Shown: piece by piece, positions 1 through 14,142 of the stretch
Position numbering within the stretch: position 1 is the first letter of the stretch
Layout of the letters: every line of letters starts with the position of its first letter
Assembly: GCF_048593235.1 (NCBI RefSeq)
Contig: NC_133620.1
Span: 200,882,852 to 200,946,851 of the forward strand
DNA from: Sminthopsis crassicaudata
Taxonomy: Eukaryota
Reading direction: 5' to 3'
Length of the DNA: 64,000 nt
Translations under genes and position numbers: made by a program
Notes under the pieces: model-generated
Seen by the model: the letters and a program-made list of their open reading frames with translations, nothing else
Told to the model about the DNA's origin: nothing
The model's database searches: none

Positions 1-100
1 AAGTGACTTGCCCAGAGTCACATTAAGTATCTAAGAGTGGACCTGAACTCAGGTCTTCCTGACTTCAATTTGGTACTTTATCCACTGTGCCACCTAGCTA
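1..100 (-). mobile_element. Core-SINE (WSINE/MIR-type) fragment
   Basis: aagtgacttgccc...tgaactcaggtcttcctgac...ccactgtgccacctagct is the reverse complement of the marsupial tRNA-derived core-SINE head. Confidence 0.7.
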
Positions 101-169
101 TTCCTACATTTGTATATTATTTATATATTACATACATACTTCTTATTGTCTCAGTTATTGAAAATCCAT

Positions 170-282
170 TAAATTGTGGGTCCCTTGAGGACAGGAACCA
201 GCTTTTGTCTCCTTTTGTATTTCCAGCACTTAGCATAGTGCCTGGCACATAGTAGGTACTTAATAAATGTTTATTGATTGAA
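170..282 (+). mobile_element. L2 LINE 3' end
   Basis: cttagcatagtgcctggcacatagtaggtacttaataaatgtttattgattg is the typical L2 3' terminus. Confidence 0.65.
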
Positions 283-1382
283 ACAAATAGGTGGATTTTG
301 TAATGGGCCAGAGACTTGAATATAGATGCAATGTGTAAATCCTGAGCATACTTTAAGTGTGGATTTTCTTTATTTCTTTTTATATGATATCTGGGATTAA
401 AAAAGCAATAGAAGTATTAATAATTTACTTTTGGAAACCTTTTGAAAGTAACTGGGACATAAATATACTAAAAGAGAATGGTGACATCTGGATAGATGAG
501 GTTTTTTTTCTCCCCTGATATGATGTGACATTTTCAAACATAGTCAAATATATATGCAGACTAAAGAATGCACATCCTATATACGAGGTATGTAGGTATG
601 ACATAACATATGTTCTGTCCAAAATTCAAAAGGAGTAAAAAAAAAAGATACTCCAACTAATGAACAGGGCAACCCTGTCCAGAATCCTAATGGCTTCTCA
701 ATGAGGTAAACAATGACTCTTAATTAGAAGCTAAAAATTTTAATTAAGATGATTCTGCAGTAATTATCTCAGTTGTCTGCTTCAGTGGATTTTAATGAAA
801 AAGATTGATTAGGTATAAAACCAGTAGCATAATTAAACATTCAGGGTCTGCATTGGTTATTGAGGTGAAAGTAATATGGTTAACTTCCAAAGTGCATTTT
901 TCCACAAATGATGTTAGTTAGATGGGAAATTCTAGTATCCGGAGGCTCCATTCTTAATGGGGAGTTCTTGTACAAATCATTTCAGGGAAATTCAGACTAT
1001 AATAAATGAAAATGTAAAAAACATTTGAAAGCAAAGTAAAAATGTTGCTACCACTGTATATTGAGGACCATGTTAACATATACAACGTTTTTATGAAGTA
1101 CCTAACCATTTTCTGGCTACTGGTTTAAAAAAAAAAATCTGAGACTTGGTTATTGTGGGATTTGTCTGTGATGATAAATCTAATAAATGCCAGGAGTAAG
1201 ATTTGGATCCCTATCTACTTGAGCCTCAAGTCTAACATATTTTCCACTATGCCATACTTTTCCCCACTAGTTTTCATGTCAATATGTGATAAATATTTTA
1301 AGTCATTCATTTAGGTCAGTTGATTAATTGGTTTCTCCCTGCCTTCTTCCATCCCTGATCAATTATCATCATAGAAAGAGTT

Positions 1383-1480
1383 AGGGAGCACGATAGATAA
1401 AATACTGGAATTGGAATCAGGAGGAACTGAGTTCAAATCCAGCTTCAGACACTTAACTACTTCTGTGATCTGAACAAATC
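1383..1480 (+). mobile_element. Degraded core-SINE (MIR-type)
   Basis: gaatcaggaggaactgagttcaaatccagcttcagacactt B-box/core motif. Confidence 0.55.
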
Positions 1481-2805
1481 ATATATTTTTTATTTCCATA
1501 GTAAATGCCATTTAAATGTTTGCTATTATAATTAGCTATTACATGAATTGCTGGAGACCTTTATTATTTGTGCCATCCTAAATCTCTTGGAGTTTCAGTT
1601 ACTTTATATATAAAATAAAAGAGTTGGACTTAATCTAACTCTATGAACTAAGGATTCAAACAGATCAGAGAATGTGGATATTTTGGGCAAGACATTTAAT
1701 CTCTCTGATCATTCATTTGTAAAATGAGAGAGATTGTACTAGATGGTCTTTGAGATCTTTTTCATTTCTAAGTGGAACTAAATGGAACTCCCACAAAACC
1801 ACCACCACAAAGCCTAAAGCAAAGGGAAAACAAGAAGTTGACTGTAAGTCATATTTTGTAATTGTTAGTATCTAAATAAAGGAAAATAAGTAACTTAAAT
1901 GTTTAGCTCTCTGTGTGTCTCTTTCAATGTGCATAAAAGTACATATATTGACATATATACACATGCACACACATATGTATTCTTTATTTAAAGATGAATA
2001 AATTAAATGCTTGTTATAGTTGTAGCCAGGATTTGGAAGTTATAAAATCACCATGAAAGCAAACAAACCAAACCCTGCACAGCTATGAGAAAACTTACTG
2101 TTTATACTAACTAGCTTGTGCTTTCCCTGAAAAAGCAGTATCATTGACTTAAACAATTATTTCATTTTATATTTGCTTTACAAGGATAGAGTTCTATAAA
2201 TTATTTTTGGAGCACAGAAATCTTAAAAAATTTCCATAAACCTCCTTCAATTAACTGAAGACTTTTGTATTAGCCTTTGTCAGTACATGTAGCTAAGGTA
2301 TATGTTTGTAATTATAACCTGAGAAATCTCTCTCTCCAGATTTTGAAATGTGAATATGGAATCGATTGGCCAAAGATTGTTCAGGGAAGTTTTTATCTTC
2401 AAGGATAGCTTTGCATCCACTTGTGGAGATGTCCCCTACCCCATTAATTCAGTTGTAGTTAGCTTCTTATTAGTAAACAGAGGATTGTTTCAGACATTTC
2501 TTTTTGAATCAAATCAGTGAACAAAATCTTCATTGTAACTTTTACAGATAGAATAGCAATCACTGCCAAGCAGAAAACTTTTCTGCTTTGTCTTTATCTT
2601 TACACTTTGTATTACCTCTAGTAGAGATACTTGATTCCGCCCTCACTTTTACCTCTTGGTTTTTCTGACTTCTTTCAATCATCCATCTCCAGTTGTGAAT
2701 GCCTTCCTGTCTCAGATTGCTTTCCATTTTCTCATATGATTGATATTTGCATGTGTGCAACCTCTCTGAGTCTCTGAATTCACATTTGTAAGAAAAATTA
2801 TTATT

Positions 2806-2950
2806 TTTTTCTTTTGTGAGGCAATTGGGGTTAAGTGATTTGCCCAGCATCACACAGCTAGGAAGTGTTAAATGTCTGAGGTCATATTTGAACTCCAGGT
2901 CCTCCTGACTGTAGGGCCAGTGCTCACTCTATTACGCCATCTAGCTGCCC
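2806..2950 (-). mobile_element. WSINE1-type marsupial SINE
   Basis: T-rich tail followed by gaggcaattggggttaagtgatttgccc...ctagctgccc, the reverse complement of WSINE1. Confidence 0.85.
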
Positions 2951-5900
2951 TTTATTTTTTTTAATCTTTTAGAAAAATTAAACTAGATATTTTAAGAAAT
3001 TTTATGGTCTTTGTCACAATCAAGGACCACTCAACAGAGGTTCATCATAAAAATAAAAATCATACAAAATTATGGCTTTCAGGAGATAAAATTATTTTTA
3101 TCCACATCAAATCACAATATATTATGTTATATCATAATATGAATATTGTCTATTCATATATAAAGGGATTGCTATTTTTCTTCATTGATAGTTGTGCCTA
3201 CATTGGGATGTTTACCAAAAGTAGTAATCTAGTATATGACAGTATTTCAGGAACTGCAAATGGGAATATTTATATTTTTAATGACTAAGTTTATAGTATA
3301 AGAGAAATTTTTAAAATGAAATGATATAATTCAAGAAATGAGAACATGAGCTTTTGGGATTCATATACTATTCCTCAGAAATATACTACTGTTGGGATTG
3401 ACAGAAATTGGAGATCTGTAGTGGAATGTTGTATTATACAATAAATACTCCCACAAAGATATCAGGAAGCAATTGATGCTACTGAAAGCACTTTGATCTC
3501 TTGCTCTGATGACTGTGGAGACTGTTTAAGAGAAGATACTTGAAGAAAATAATTCTATTTGTACAAAATGGCAATGGACAACTATAGTAAGAATAAGACT
3601 TGTATTCAAAAAGTGCTAACAAATCAATTAGGTTGTTTACAGAAAGAGTTTAAATGCCAGTGAGCCTTTGGTGCTTATATACATGCTCTTTATTCCTGAA
3701 AGAAGAAAGGAAAAGTTTAAAAACATTTTAATGGGGAAAATCATTTTATTAGATATGCATGAGTGTATACCATCATACATCTGGAAAACCTTTCTGGTTA
3801 TTAAGAAGTATTGCTTTGTATTCCTTAAAATATTTCTTTGAAAACAGTCTGCCAGAATCCACTCTGATCAAAATAGAGACTTGAAAGCAAAATACCAAAA
3901 GAAGCATTAATTTGTAGAAAAATAAAACAATTGAGAGCATTATTTATTCCATCTCTATATGATCATATTGACTTCCCTATACCTCCAAAATATCAGTATT
4001 TGATTTCCTATTATTGGAATCATTGTCTTTTGAGTTACTATCTACTTTTGACAGTCTCTCTTTTATTGTAGACCTCTTTACTTTACAGTTTGTTTGGCAG
4101 ACAATCTTTGTTCTTTCCCTCATGTGTATAATCACCTCTCCTATAGGCAATCTGCAGTTTGATGTCCTGTCTTGGTGAAAAACTATCTTATAGACTTCCA
4201 AGTTGCCCAATATTTTAATTACTTGTCATGGTATTGTGAGCTTGAATAAGTAATTTCCTCTCTTTGAGCCTCAGTAAATGTAAAATGAAAAGTGTGGACT
4301 TTTGAAATCTTTTCAGTTTTAAATCTGAATTCACTATGTCTTTTTAATAGTCTAATATTTTGTGTACCCCATTTGACATGGTTTCTTAGAAGAACTCTAT
4401 GGCCTCACTGCAAACATTAACAATGAACTCAATAATCATATTATTTTGGATTTTATTAGAACTTTTCTGAGCTGAGGTCATCCATGTGTAGATGATTTAA
4501 ATTAGCTAAGAATATGTATTGATTGTGAATGTCTATGTCTTCTCCATCTTTGGATAACTCCAAAAGTAAAGTGAGCAGGTAAACAAGATCTGCTTGTTGA
4601 ATATTGGGAACACTTATTGGTACTTTTATACAGCTGAGAAGACAGAAATACTATGAAGATCTAAAATCCACTGAGAACTAGAGATAGACACAAACAATGT
4701 GGTGTTTATTCCAGGGCTTCCTCTGTATTTTACGGTACACAAGAAGGCAAAGGTCATATTAATTAAGTGATAGTGAGCGACCTGGTCAAGCAATCTACTG
4801 CTGAACGGGATCATACATTGGTTGCAGTGCTCTTTACCTCCAGCATTTGGAATTGAATGTTTGCAAGTACAGGGTTAGTCTAACACTGTTAATGGGAATC
4901 CAGCTATATTTCTTGGTTTCTTAGGTCTTTGAAGCTTCTGAACAAAAAAGGAATGAGAAATTCCTCCATAAATATAGAGGTCCTTCTCATTATGGGTTCT
5001 GAACACATAGGTTTTATACACATTGGCAACAACAATTAAACTTATCCAGTTTGTCAGAGCCAATCCTATTTTTCAAGAGGTTCAGAAAAAAGAATCTGGT
5101 TAGCCTTTAGTCCACTGGTTAACCTTGGAGTCTACTTACTGCATATTAAAAAATATTGCTAATTATCTACTAATCTCTTTTTGCTCTTTTTGCTAACTGA
5201 ACAGAACAATCTATCATACCATGTCCTTGAAGTCTTTTTGTGATAAATTAAATTATTCACTCTTTATTTCTTTAAAGTTGGAATACATTTGCTGTATTTG
5301 ATTTCATTAAGTTACTGTTGCTCTAATTGTGTTACACTTTCCCAATAGAATGTAAGCTCTTTGAAGACAGAGATTGTTTTTCATTTTTGTCTTTGTATCC
5401 CTACCTCCTATCCCACTCCTTTGAATGGAGAAGACCCTGAATAAATAGTTTATTCAATTAGACTGATATTAAAACTTGCTGAAAATCATTGAGGGAAAAA
5501 AGTGTTGAGAAAGCTTCACAAAATATGTTTCTACTCAGCATTTGTTATTCATGCTGACCATTTAAAATCAATTGAAATATATTTCTTTTCAAGCTGGTAG
5601 GAATGACAGATTTGAAATACTCACATGCCATTTGTGCTGTGCCAATCAATGTCTGCTTTAAAGTGGAATGGAATGCTTTTTAATTGCTCTGATTTTCCAG
5701 TTGCAGTTCCTGAATTAACATATGGCCTGAAGAGGACATATATACACATTTTTCTCTGTTAGCTATTATACCAGCTAATAGTAAGTGCAATAAGGTTATA
5801 ACTTTAAAAGGAAAACTTCAGGCTTCCTTTCTCATAAATACATTATGTACGCATAGTGAACTGTATATGGCTAAATAAAAATGTAAGAATATAGTATAAT

Positions 5901-6469
5901 ATAGTACCTAAACAGTCTGTGACCATTTACTTGCTTTTTTAGTAAGATTGTTTATCCAAATCTCTCTTTTCACATGCTAACAGGAATATACCCATATGTA
6001 TATGTGGGCAATACACTCAGAAGGTATACAATAGGCACATAGTACACAGTGTACACAAAAATACATGTGTACATATATATGTGCAACACATGGACACAGT
6101 GGGGGACACAGCATACATTAGCATTACACACATTTATCTTTATACATGGACTTTAATAATTTTATGTTACCCTTTCTAGCAACCAAAATGCTCATATATG
6201 AAATACACTTACATTTATTTGGGAAATAAGACTAGACATATTGGAGAGACTCAGTTTTCACAAGACACATATAAAAACAAGACACTTAATTTAATGAATT
6301 ATATGATTCTATCAAAGAAGTTTAGCCTTGAGATCAGAAGTAGAGGTCAGAGGTTAGACTAGGGGTTTGAAGCACAGATATTGAGACTTTTAGAGACTAC
6401 TACTCTATAGCTCTTTGTGTAAGACAGAGACAATGATTTAAGGGGAATCTTTTAATAGTCAATCAGCCT

Positions 6470-8220
6470 CAACAAATAGTTACCAAATGCCTATTATGTG
6501 TTAGTTCCTGCACAAGGGCACTGGGGATATGAAGACAGATCTACCACAGTACTGCCTTCATGTATTCTATAATATAATGGAACAGAAGGCATGAATGTAT
6601 ATGTATATGTATACTCATGTATGCTTATGTATACATATACATATCTATTCACATGCAATATACACACATACATATATAGAACAGATACAAAGCAGAACTT
6701 TGAGAGGAAGTATACTATCAAGTATACTATAGGAAGTAAAAGAATAGTATTTAAGTTGAGTATAGGAGGCAACAGTAAATCACTATAGTATCTTTGCCAA
6801 GAAAACCCCAAATGGGGTCACTATAAATTGAACATGACTGAAACGACTGAACAGCAAGAAAAAGAGCAAGAGCAAGAGCAACACAACAACATTTGAAAGA
6901 AAGAGGAGTATAAGAGGTGAAAGGAAGGAAGGAGGGTATTCCAGGCATGGGGGGCATTTGGAGCCAAGGTGTGACAGGAGTGAGGTATAATAAGAATGCT
7001 TGACTGAACTGTAGAATTAAGGAAGGGGAGAAATGATAATGGATCAAGAAAAGCAAAAAGCAGTCAGATTATGAAGAATTTTCAATTCAGAGAAGTTTAT
7101 ATCTGATCTTAGGGGTAAAAGGGAACCCTTGGACCTTATCCAGTAGGAATGTGATATGATACTATGCTTAGGTATTCCTAAAGTTGCTAGAAACATTTTG
7201 TCAATTGAGTGGAGGATGAACTACAGGAGAGAAAGACTAGATAGGAAGGCCAATTAAGAAGCTACTATAAAAAGTCGAGAAGAAAGGTACTAAGATTTTG
7301 AAATAGGTTGTTGGCTCTACAAGTGGAAAGAAGGTTTTGTTTATATGTAATATAGAATCAGAAATGACAAGATTAGGCAACACAATGTATATGTGACTTA
7401 AGGGAAAGTGAGGAATAGAGAACGATAGAAAGATTGAAAACCTGAGTAAAAGTTTCCTAGAAAGTAATAAGATTCAAAAGAGAGTTGTATGTATGTATGT
7501 ATGTATGTATGTGTGTGCGTGTTGGGGTAAATGAATTATATTTCTACATGTTGAGTATAAGAAGCTTATGGGACATCCAGTTTGAGATGCTCAGTATATA
7601 GTTATTCAGAGACTAGAGCTTGGAAAAAGGGGTAGGTTTTGGATATATATAAATCAGTGAGTCATCTGCACAATAGAAGCTGATGATATTGCAAAGGGAA
7701 TAGATAAAGAGAAAAATTAGAAAACCTAGAAGACCTAGAGGTCTGTCTATAGTTAGGAGCCATAGTATAGATGGCAGTCTGCCAAAAGAAACTGAAAAGA
7801 GAAGAAGGAGGGTCTCTTCAGAGAGAAGAGTATCTAGGAAAAGTTGAGCAACAGGATAAGAATGAAGATTGAATGAATCTTTTTCAGGATAAGAATGAAG
7901 ATTGAGAAAAGACATTCAATGTGGGAATTGAGAAAGCATTGGGAACCTTGAAAGGGCATTTTCATTTGGACAATAAGATTGGAAATCAGGCTGAGGAATA
8001 TTTGGAAGATCATTAAAGGAGTGAAAGAGAAGGGAGAACCTGTAGTATGGAGTTTGACAGAAAAAGAGAGGAAATATAGGAGGGTAACTTTTGGAAATGG
8101 TGTTTAATAATGATTCTTTAAGGAGTAGGACATTTGAGGTTATAGGCAGGAAAGAAGGGACAAGTAGATATGGAAAGACTGAAGACAGGACATCATCAAG
8201 GGTACATATAGAAGGATGAA
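6470..8220 (-). mobile_element. Old L2 LINE remnant, interrupted by TA/TG-rich low-complexity sequence
   Basis: Starts with the reverse complement of an L2 3' end (caatca...tgcctattatgtg...gcactggggata), followed by purine-rich sequence typical of antisense L2. Confidence 0.55.
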
Positions 8221-8239
8221 CAGCTACAATGTGAAAGGT

Positions 8240-8933
8240 CATTTAAAATTTTCATTTAATAGTGTTTTATTTTTCTAAATACTGACAAAGGTATCCCTTG
8301 AATAATTTTCTGTTCCAAATTTTTCTCCATCTCCTCTTCCTTTCCCCCTCCCCAAGACATAAACAATCTTATATAGATTAAGCATGCAATTCTTCTAAAT
8401 ATATTTCCATATTTGTCATGCTGGGCAAAAAAAATCAGATCAAAAAGGGAAAAAAACATGAAAAAAGAGGAAAAAACAGGCAAACAAAAGGAATAAAAAT
8501 ACTACGCTTTGATCACCATTTAGTCTCCATAATTCTGTCTCTGGATGTAGATGGCTCTCTCTATCCCAAGAGTATGGGAATTGCCTTGAATTGCCTTATT
8601 GTTGAAAAGAACCAAGTCCATCACAATTGATCATCGTGTAATCTTGTTGCTGTGTACAATGTCTTGGTTCTGCTCATTTCACTTAGCATCAGTTCCTATA
8701 AGTCTTTCCAGGCTTTTCTGAATCAGCCTGCTCATCATTTCTTACGAGAACAGTAATATTTCATTATAGTCCATATACCATAACTTATACAGCCATTTCT
8801 TAAATGAGGAGCATCTTATACAATTAAACTGTTCCTTGCCACCGAACAAAAAGAGCTGCTACAATATTTTTGCATGTGTAAGTCCTTTTCCATCTTTTAT
8901 GATCTTTTTGGATCCAGACCCATGAGAGACACT

Positions 8934-8978
<45 letters not shown>

Positions 8979-9250
8979 ATACACACACACACACTTCACA
9001 CAGTTTGATATACTTTTGGGTATAGTTCCAAATTGCTCTCCAGAATGGTTAGATTAGTTCACAACTCTACCAACAATGCATTAGTATCTCAGTTTTCTCA
9101 TGTACCTCCCAACATTCATCATCTTTTTCTGTCATTTTAGCCAAATTTATCTCAGAATTGTTGTTAATTTGCATTTCTCTAAGCAAGTGATCTAGAGCAT
9201 TTTTTCATGTGACTAGAAATGACTTTAATTTCTTTGTCTGAAAATTGTTC
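8240..9250 (-). mobile_element. L1 3' fragment (ORF2 end and 3'UTR)
   Basis: Reverse-strand marsupial L1 3'UTR motifs (gatctccttggttctgctcatttcacttagcatcag-like; ctctccagaatggtt...cacaactctaccaacaatgcattag). Confidence 0.75.
8939..8994. repeat. (CA)n microsatellite
   Basis: Directly visible. Confidence 0.95.
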
Positions 9251-11099
9251 ACATTTGGGAAGGTCATGTCTTAAACAGACTATATCTCTTTGTACTAAGT
9301 AGACAGGAAGGACATCAGGGGATTTTTGAACTACTTGGCTTTTCTCCTCACCAGGTTGGTTTTTATGCCACATTGAAAGGAAAAATGCAAAGTAATTTGA
9401 ATTTTCAGTTGTCCATCTATATTTCTTCCCACTTTTTGTGTAGGGCAGTATTTGTCAATATCATTCTGGATGTCAAAAAGGAAAAAGTCAATATTATAGA
9501 GCATATTTTGGTTGAGTGCAGTGGAAAAGGTGTTTGATTTGGAGTTAGAAATATGAATTTGAATACTTGTCTTGCCACTTGCTACTTATGTGAATTTGGA
9601 TACGTTTGCTTAATGAACCTTAATTCTTTATCAGTAAAATGAAGATGTTGAACTAGAAAATTCCATAGTTCTTTCCAGTTTTAAATCTATGATCCTATTA
9701 TCTCTAGACTCTAGATATGGAGTCTTATATTTATATTTTTAGCTATGTATTTTTGAAGTTTTTTGTGGTAATTCTATTATAATGCTATAATACTGAAAAA
9801 TAGGAGGCCAGAGAGGTAATTGATATTAATAAAATGTATATATTATAGCATATATTATGATACATATGAATTTTTATTTATGTTAATCTGTAAGTGAGAG
9901 GAAGTATGTTGCAGTGATTTAGAGTCAGCAGGACTTTGGCTCAGATGATTCTGATACATAGTACTTGTGTGATTGTGGGTAGGTTATGGACCCCATGTAA
10001 TTCTCTAAGACTATATAGTACTTTGGAAGCAAAGTATATGATTGTTGATGAGAAAGAGAAAGGAAGAAAGATAATGGTTGATAATATGTTTTTTCTCTCT
10101 GATTTTTTTTGTTGAAATATCTTTATATATTTTTCATTACTCCATTATATAGAATAGTATATTTGTGCTTGTGGCCTGGAGTAATTAATTTTCTTTGTCC
10201 TGTAGGCATTAGTAAATGTGATACCATGTGGGAAGTGAATGATTATTTTTCATAAGTGACTAGTTAAAATGGAGGCTTTTTTATTAACACATAAACATTT
10301 TTTCAGTTTTAACTTCTGAAACATATGAAAGTTTGATTGGTCATAAAGAGTGCAGACTTCTTGAACATACTTGAAAAAACTTAAAGATGTTGCATGTCAC
10401 TAGCATATTTTTATCTTCAATGTTACCTTTGGAAATTATGAATTATGTTGGGTATCCAAAAATAAGAAGAGAATAACTCCATAGGGAAAGTTATTTGATT
10501 CTACTTTTGGTTGATTTTTCTGGCTGATTGTTTACAATTTTCAATCTCAGAATTGCAATAAAAATACTATAGACAATTTAAAGTCCAACTCTGACCTCTT
10601 GGCTTGGGTATTTAAAGTAAATGAAAAAGCTCATCTCCCACTACTAGTCTATTAAAGAATAATCCAGAATCTTAGTTGATTAAAAATATCAAAACAGCAT
10701 AGTAAACTTTTCTAGCAATGTAAACGTTTGAAAATATTAAGTATAAGTCATATCATAAATCTACCAATATGTAGATTCAAGTGCAGCATTTTTAGAGATG
10801 TTTATCTCCTCAGAGGTAACTTCCTTTCTTGAGAAGAAAATCACAAGAGATTGTATTTTTGCTTATGTCAAAGTAGTACATATATCAGAAATAAATGTCC
10901 TCATGATTCTCTTTGCTGTTTGTAAACTGCCTGATTGAAGACTTCCTAGGTTTCTGGGAAGGGAAAATATTTGTCTGTCAATTTTGAAGTTATTTCTAAA
11001 ATATATCTTGCTGGTTAGACATCAAATAGACATATTACTTTGAAAAAACAGTATTAATAAAGTTAAAGCACTATGTCAAGGTTTGTACCTATCCCTCTT

Positions 11100-11720
11100 T
11101 GCTTTTGTTCTTACATTCTTTCTCTTGTTGATACCACAACTTATCTCTTTGGAGATGATACTCAGATGTGTCCACTCTTACCCTCTTTCCTGAGTTACAG
11201 TCTATCATCAACTTTCTGCTGGCTACCTCTGAAATAAAGTCCTCTAGACATCTCAAAATCAACATACCTAACCTAAATCAGAATTCATTATGCCTTCCTA
11301 AATCCATCACTTCAAAATTCCCTATTGTTACTGAGAATACAACCACCTTTCTAATTACTTTTGTTTGAAATCTCAGAATCATTCTTGACACTTCACCTTT
11401 TCTCAACCTCTATATAATCAGTTAATTTTTTGTCAATTGTGTTAAAAAAAAACAAAAAAAAACCTTGCATCTTCTTTCTTTTTACTCACATAGACAGCAC
11501 TCTTGTTCAGAGACTAGTTATCCATTGCCTGTACTAATGTAATTTTCTTCTAAATGGATTCACTATCCACAGTCTCCACTCTATCTTATCTAGCTTCCAT
11601 ATAATTTCAAAATATTCTTCCTAAGTATCTCTACCTCCTGCTCAATTATCTTTATGACCACTTATTGCAAAACCGACAACTGCTCACCTTTGCAGACTTA
11701 ATTAATATTACTCTTTATCT
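11100..11720 (+). mobile_element. Degraded L2 fragment
   Basis: Pyrimidine-rich L2-like motifs (gacatctcaaaatcaacatacctaa...cagaattcatt). Confidence 0.45.
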
Positions 11721-11819
11721 AGTAAGATGCTCAAACAATTTACCATTTCTTATGTTGACTAGTGAAATGGATGCAATTAGAATTATCTCTAAGGACATAA
11801 ATGTATAAAAATATTGAAA

Positions 11820-12410
11820 GCACTTCTTTTTGTGGTGACAAAGGATTAGAAATTAAGGGGATGCCATCAATTGAGGAATGGATGAACAAATTGTGGTATA
11901 TAGGTATAATGGAATATTATTGCACTATAAGAATTGGTAAGTAGGTGGATTTCAGAAAAATCTGGAAAGACATATATGAACTGATTCTGAGAGAAGTGAG
12001 CAGAACCAGGAGGACATTATGCACAGCAATGGTAACATTATATGATCAAGTATGATTGATTTAGCTCTTCTCAGCAATACAATGATCCTAGATAATTTCA
12101 AAAGAATCATGATAGAAAATGCATCCACATTCAGAGAACCAACTGATGTAGTCTGAATGCAGATCAAGGGATACTTTTTTCACTTTCTTTGTTTTTTCCT
12201 TTTTATTCTGTTTCTTCTTTTACAATATGAGTAATGTGGAAATTTTATTTACATGATTGCACATATAATCTATATCATATTGCTTGTCATCCTGAGGAGA
12301 GGGATGGAAAAGAATAGAGGAAGAAAAATTTGAAACTCAAAATCTTACAACATGAATGTTAAAAATGTCGTTACATATAATTGGAAAAACAAAATACTAT
12401 TTACATTAAA
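11820..12410 (+). mobile_element. L1 3' fragment
   Basis: gatgccatcaattgaggaatggatgaacaaattgtggtatata... L1 ORF2 end and 3'UTR, with an A-rich end. Confidence 0.75.
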
Positions 12411-13208
12411 AGCTTATCTTTTTCAATGCTAGCAATCAAACATTATTTATATAAACATTATTTAGAACATCTAAGTAGGATAGTGGATAGCTGACTATAC
12501 CCAAGTTTTGATTACTGTTTAGTGATTTAAATTACTTACCTAGGAATCTGATTGATTCATAATGACATATGAACACATACATGTTGTTTGCCAAACTATA
12601 CCGCAGTTATGCATATTTCACTAATGAGGAACAAGTCATGAAAAACAAACATCAAACCACATCAACACAAAATAGTGAATTAATACATGTCAAGCCACAC
12701 AATTGTTCTTACTATACTTCTTTTCACATATACTATACTTCCAGTCATATTGGCCTGTTTATAATTTTCCTAAGTCCTCATTCCATTTCTAGCCTCTGTG
12801 TTTTGTTACAAACTGTCTCAGACCAGTTGAGATGTACTCACTCCTCATTTATCAGTATCTTTAACCTTCTTCCAAGCTCATCTCAAGTTCAATGTTCAGC
12901 AAGAAACCTTTCCTAAACACTGTAGTTCTTAGTTTTTACTTCTTCTGAAAGATGTGTATATCTATATCTATATCTATCTATCTATTTTAGATAGATAGAT
13001 GATATATGCATGTAGATATATACATATACAGATAGACATATTTGTGTGTGTTTATATGTTCATAAATCATATCTATATGTCTGATTGCCTAATTTATATG
13101 TCATAAAAACTTGAGTTTCAAGTCTCATTTCTGACGCATATTGGCCAAGTAACTTTCAGTTAGTCATTTAATCTTTCTAAGATGTAAGTTACATAGAAAG
13201 TGCTGATC

Positions 13209-13347
13209 AGAGCAGCCAGATGGAGCAGTGGATAGAGAGCACCAGGTCTAAAATCAGGAGAACTTGAGTTCAAATTTGACCTCAGATATTTAACATTGCC
13301 AAGCTGTGTGACCCTGGAGACAAGTCACTTACCCCAATTTCCTCAAC

Positions 13348-13378
<31 letters not shown>

Positions 13379-13379
13379 C
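13209..13379 (+). mobile_element. WSINE1 with (AAAAC)n tail and 12-bp TSD, nested in an older MAR1/MIR-like SINE
   Basis: TSD aaagtgctgatc at 13197-13208 and 13380-13391; SINE head gagcagccagatggagcagtggataga. Confidence 0.9.
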
Positions 13380-13629
13380 AAAGTGCTGATCTGCATTCTC
13401 AAGAGCTCCCTAAACCTATCATATCACAAATACAGTAGAAAATTCTATTTAAATGTTGTATCTCAGTAATAATAACTATTTATCAAGTGCCAACTATGTG
13501 CCAGTCACTATGCTAAGAGCTGGGGATACAAATAAGACAAAATAATTAATCTCTGCCTTCAAGAAGTTTATTTACAATCTAGTGCACACAGAAAAGGAAG
13601 ATGAAAAACAAGGTAGGGGGCTGAGAATT

Positions 13630-14092
13630 CATTGGTATAGCACTAAATAAATAGATTAGTTTAGGGAGTATTGTCATCTTAATTATATTTGCTCGGTCTA
13701 TCTAAGAGCACTGAATGTCTTTCCAATTATTTAAATCTGACTTTATTTTTGTGGCAAGTGTTTTGTAATTTTGCTCATATAATTCCTGACTTTCCTTTGA
13801 TAGATATATTCCCAAATATTTTATACTATCAACAGTTATTTTGAATGGAATTTCTCTTTGTATCTCTTGCTCTTGGATTGTGTTGATAATGTATAGAAAT
13901 GTTGAGGATTTATGTGGCTTTATTTTGTATCCTGCAACTTTGCTAAAGTTCTGAATAATTACTAATAGCTTTTTAGCAGAGCCTTTGGGGTTCTCTAAGT
14001 ATACCATCATGTCATCTGCAAAGAGTGATAGTTTGATTTCCTCATTTCCTACTCTTATTCCTTGAATCTCTTTCTTGGCTTTTATTGCCGAG

Positions 14093-14142
<50 letters not shown>

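Noticed and set aside
4626-4870. Possible host exon (cag|ctgagaagacagaaatac...)
   Set aside because: No recognisable protein and no consistent partner exons or splice donor.
6494-6811. ORFs rich in Y/V/T/I
   Set aside because: Products of TA/TG low-complexity sequence.
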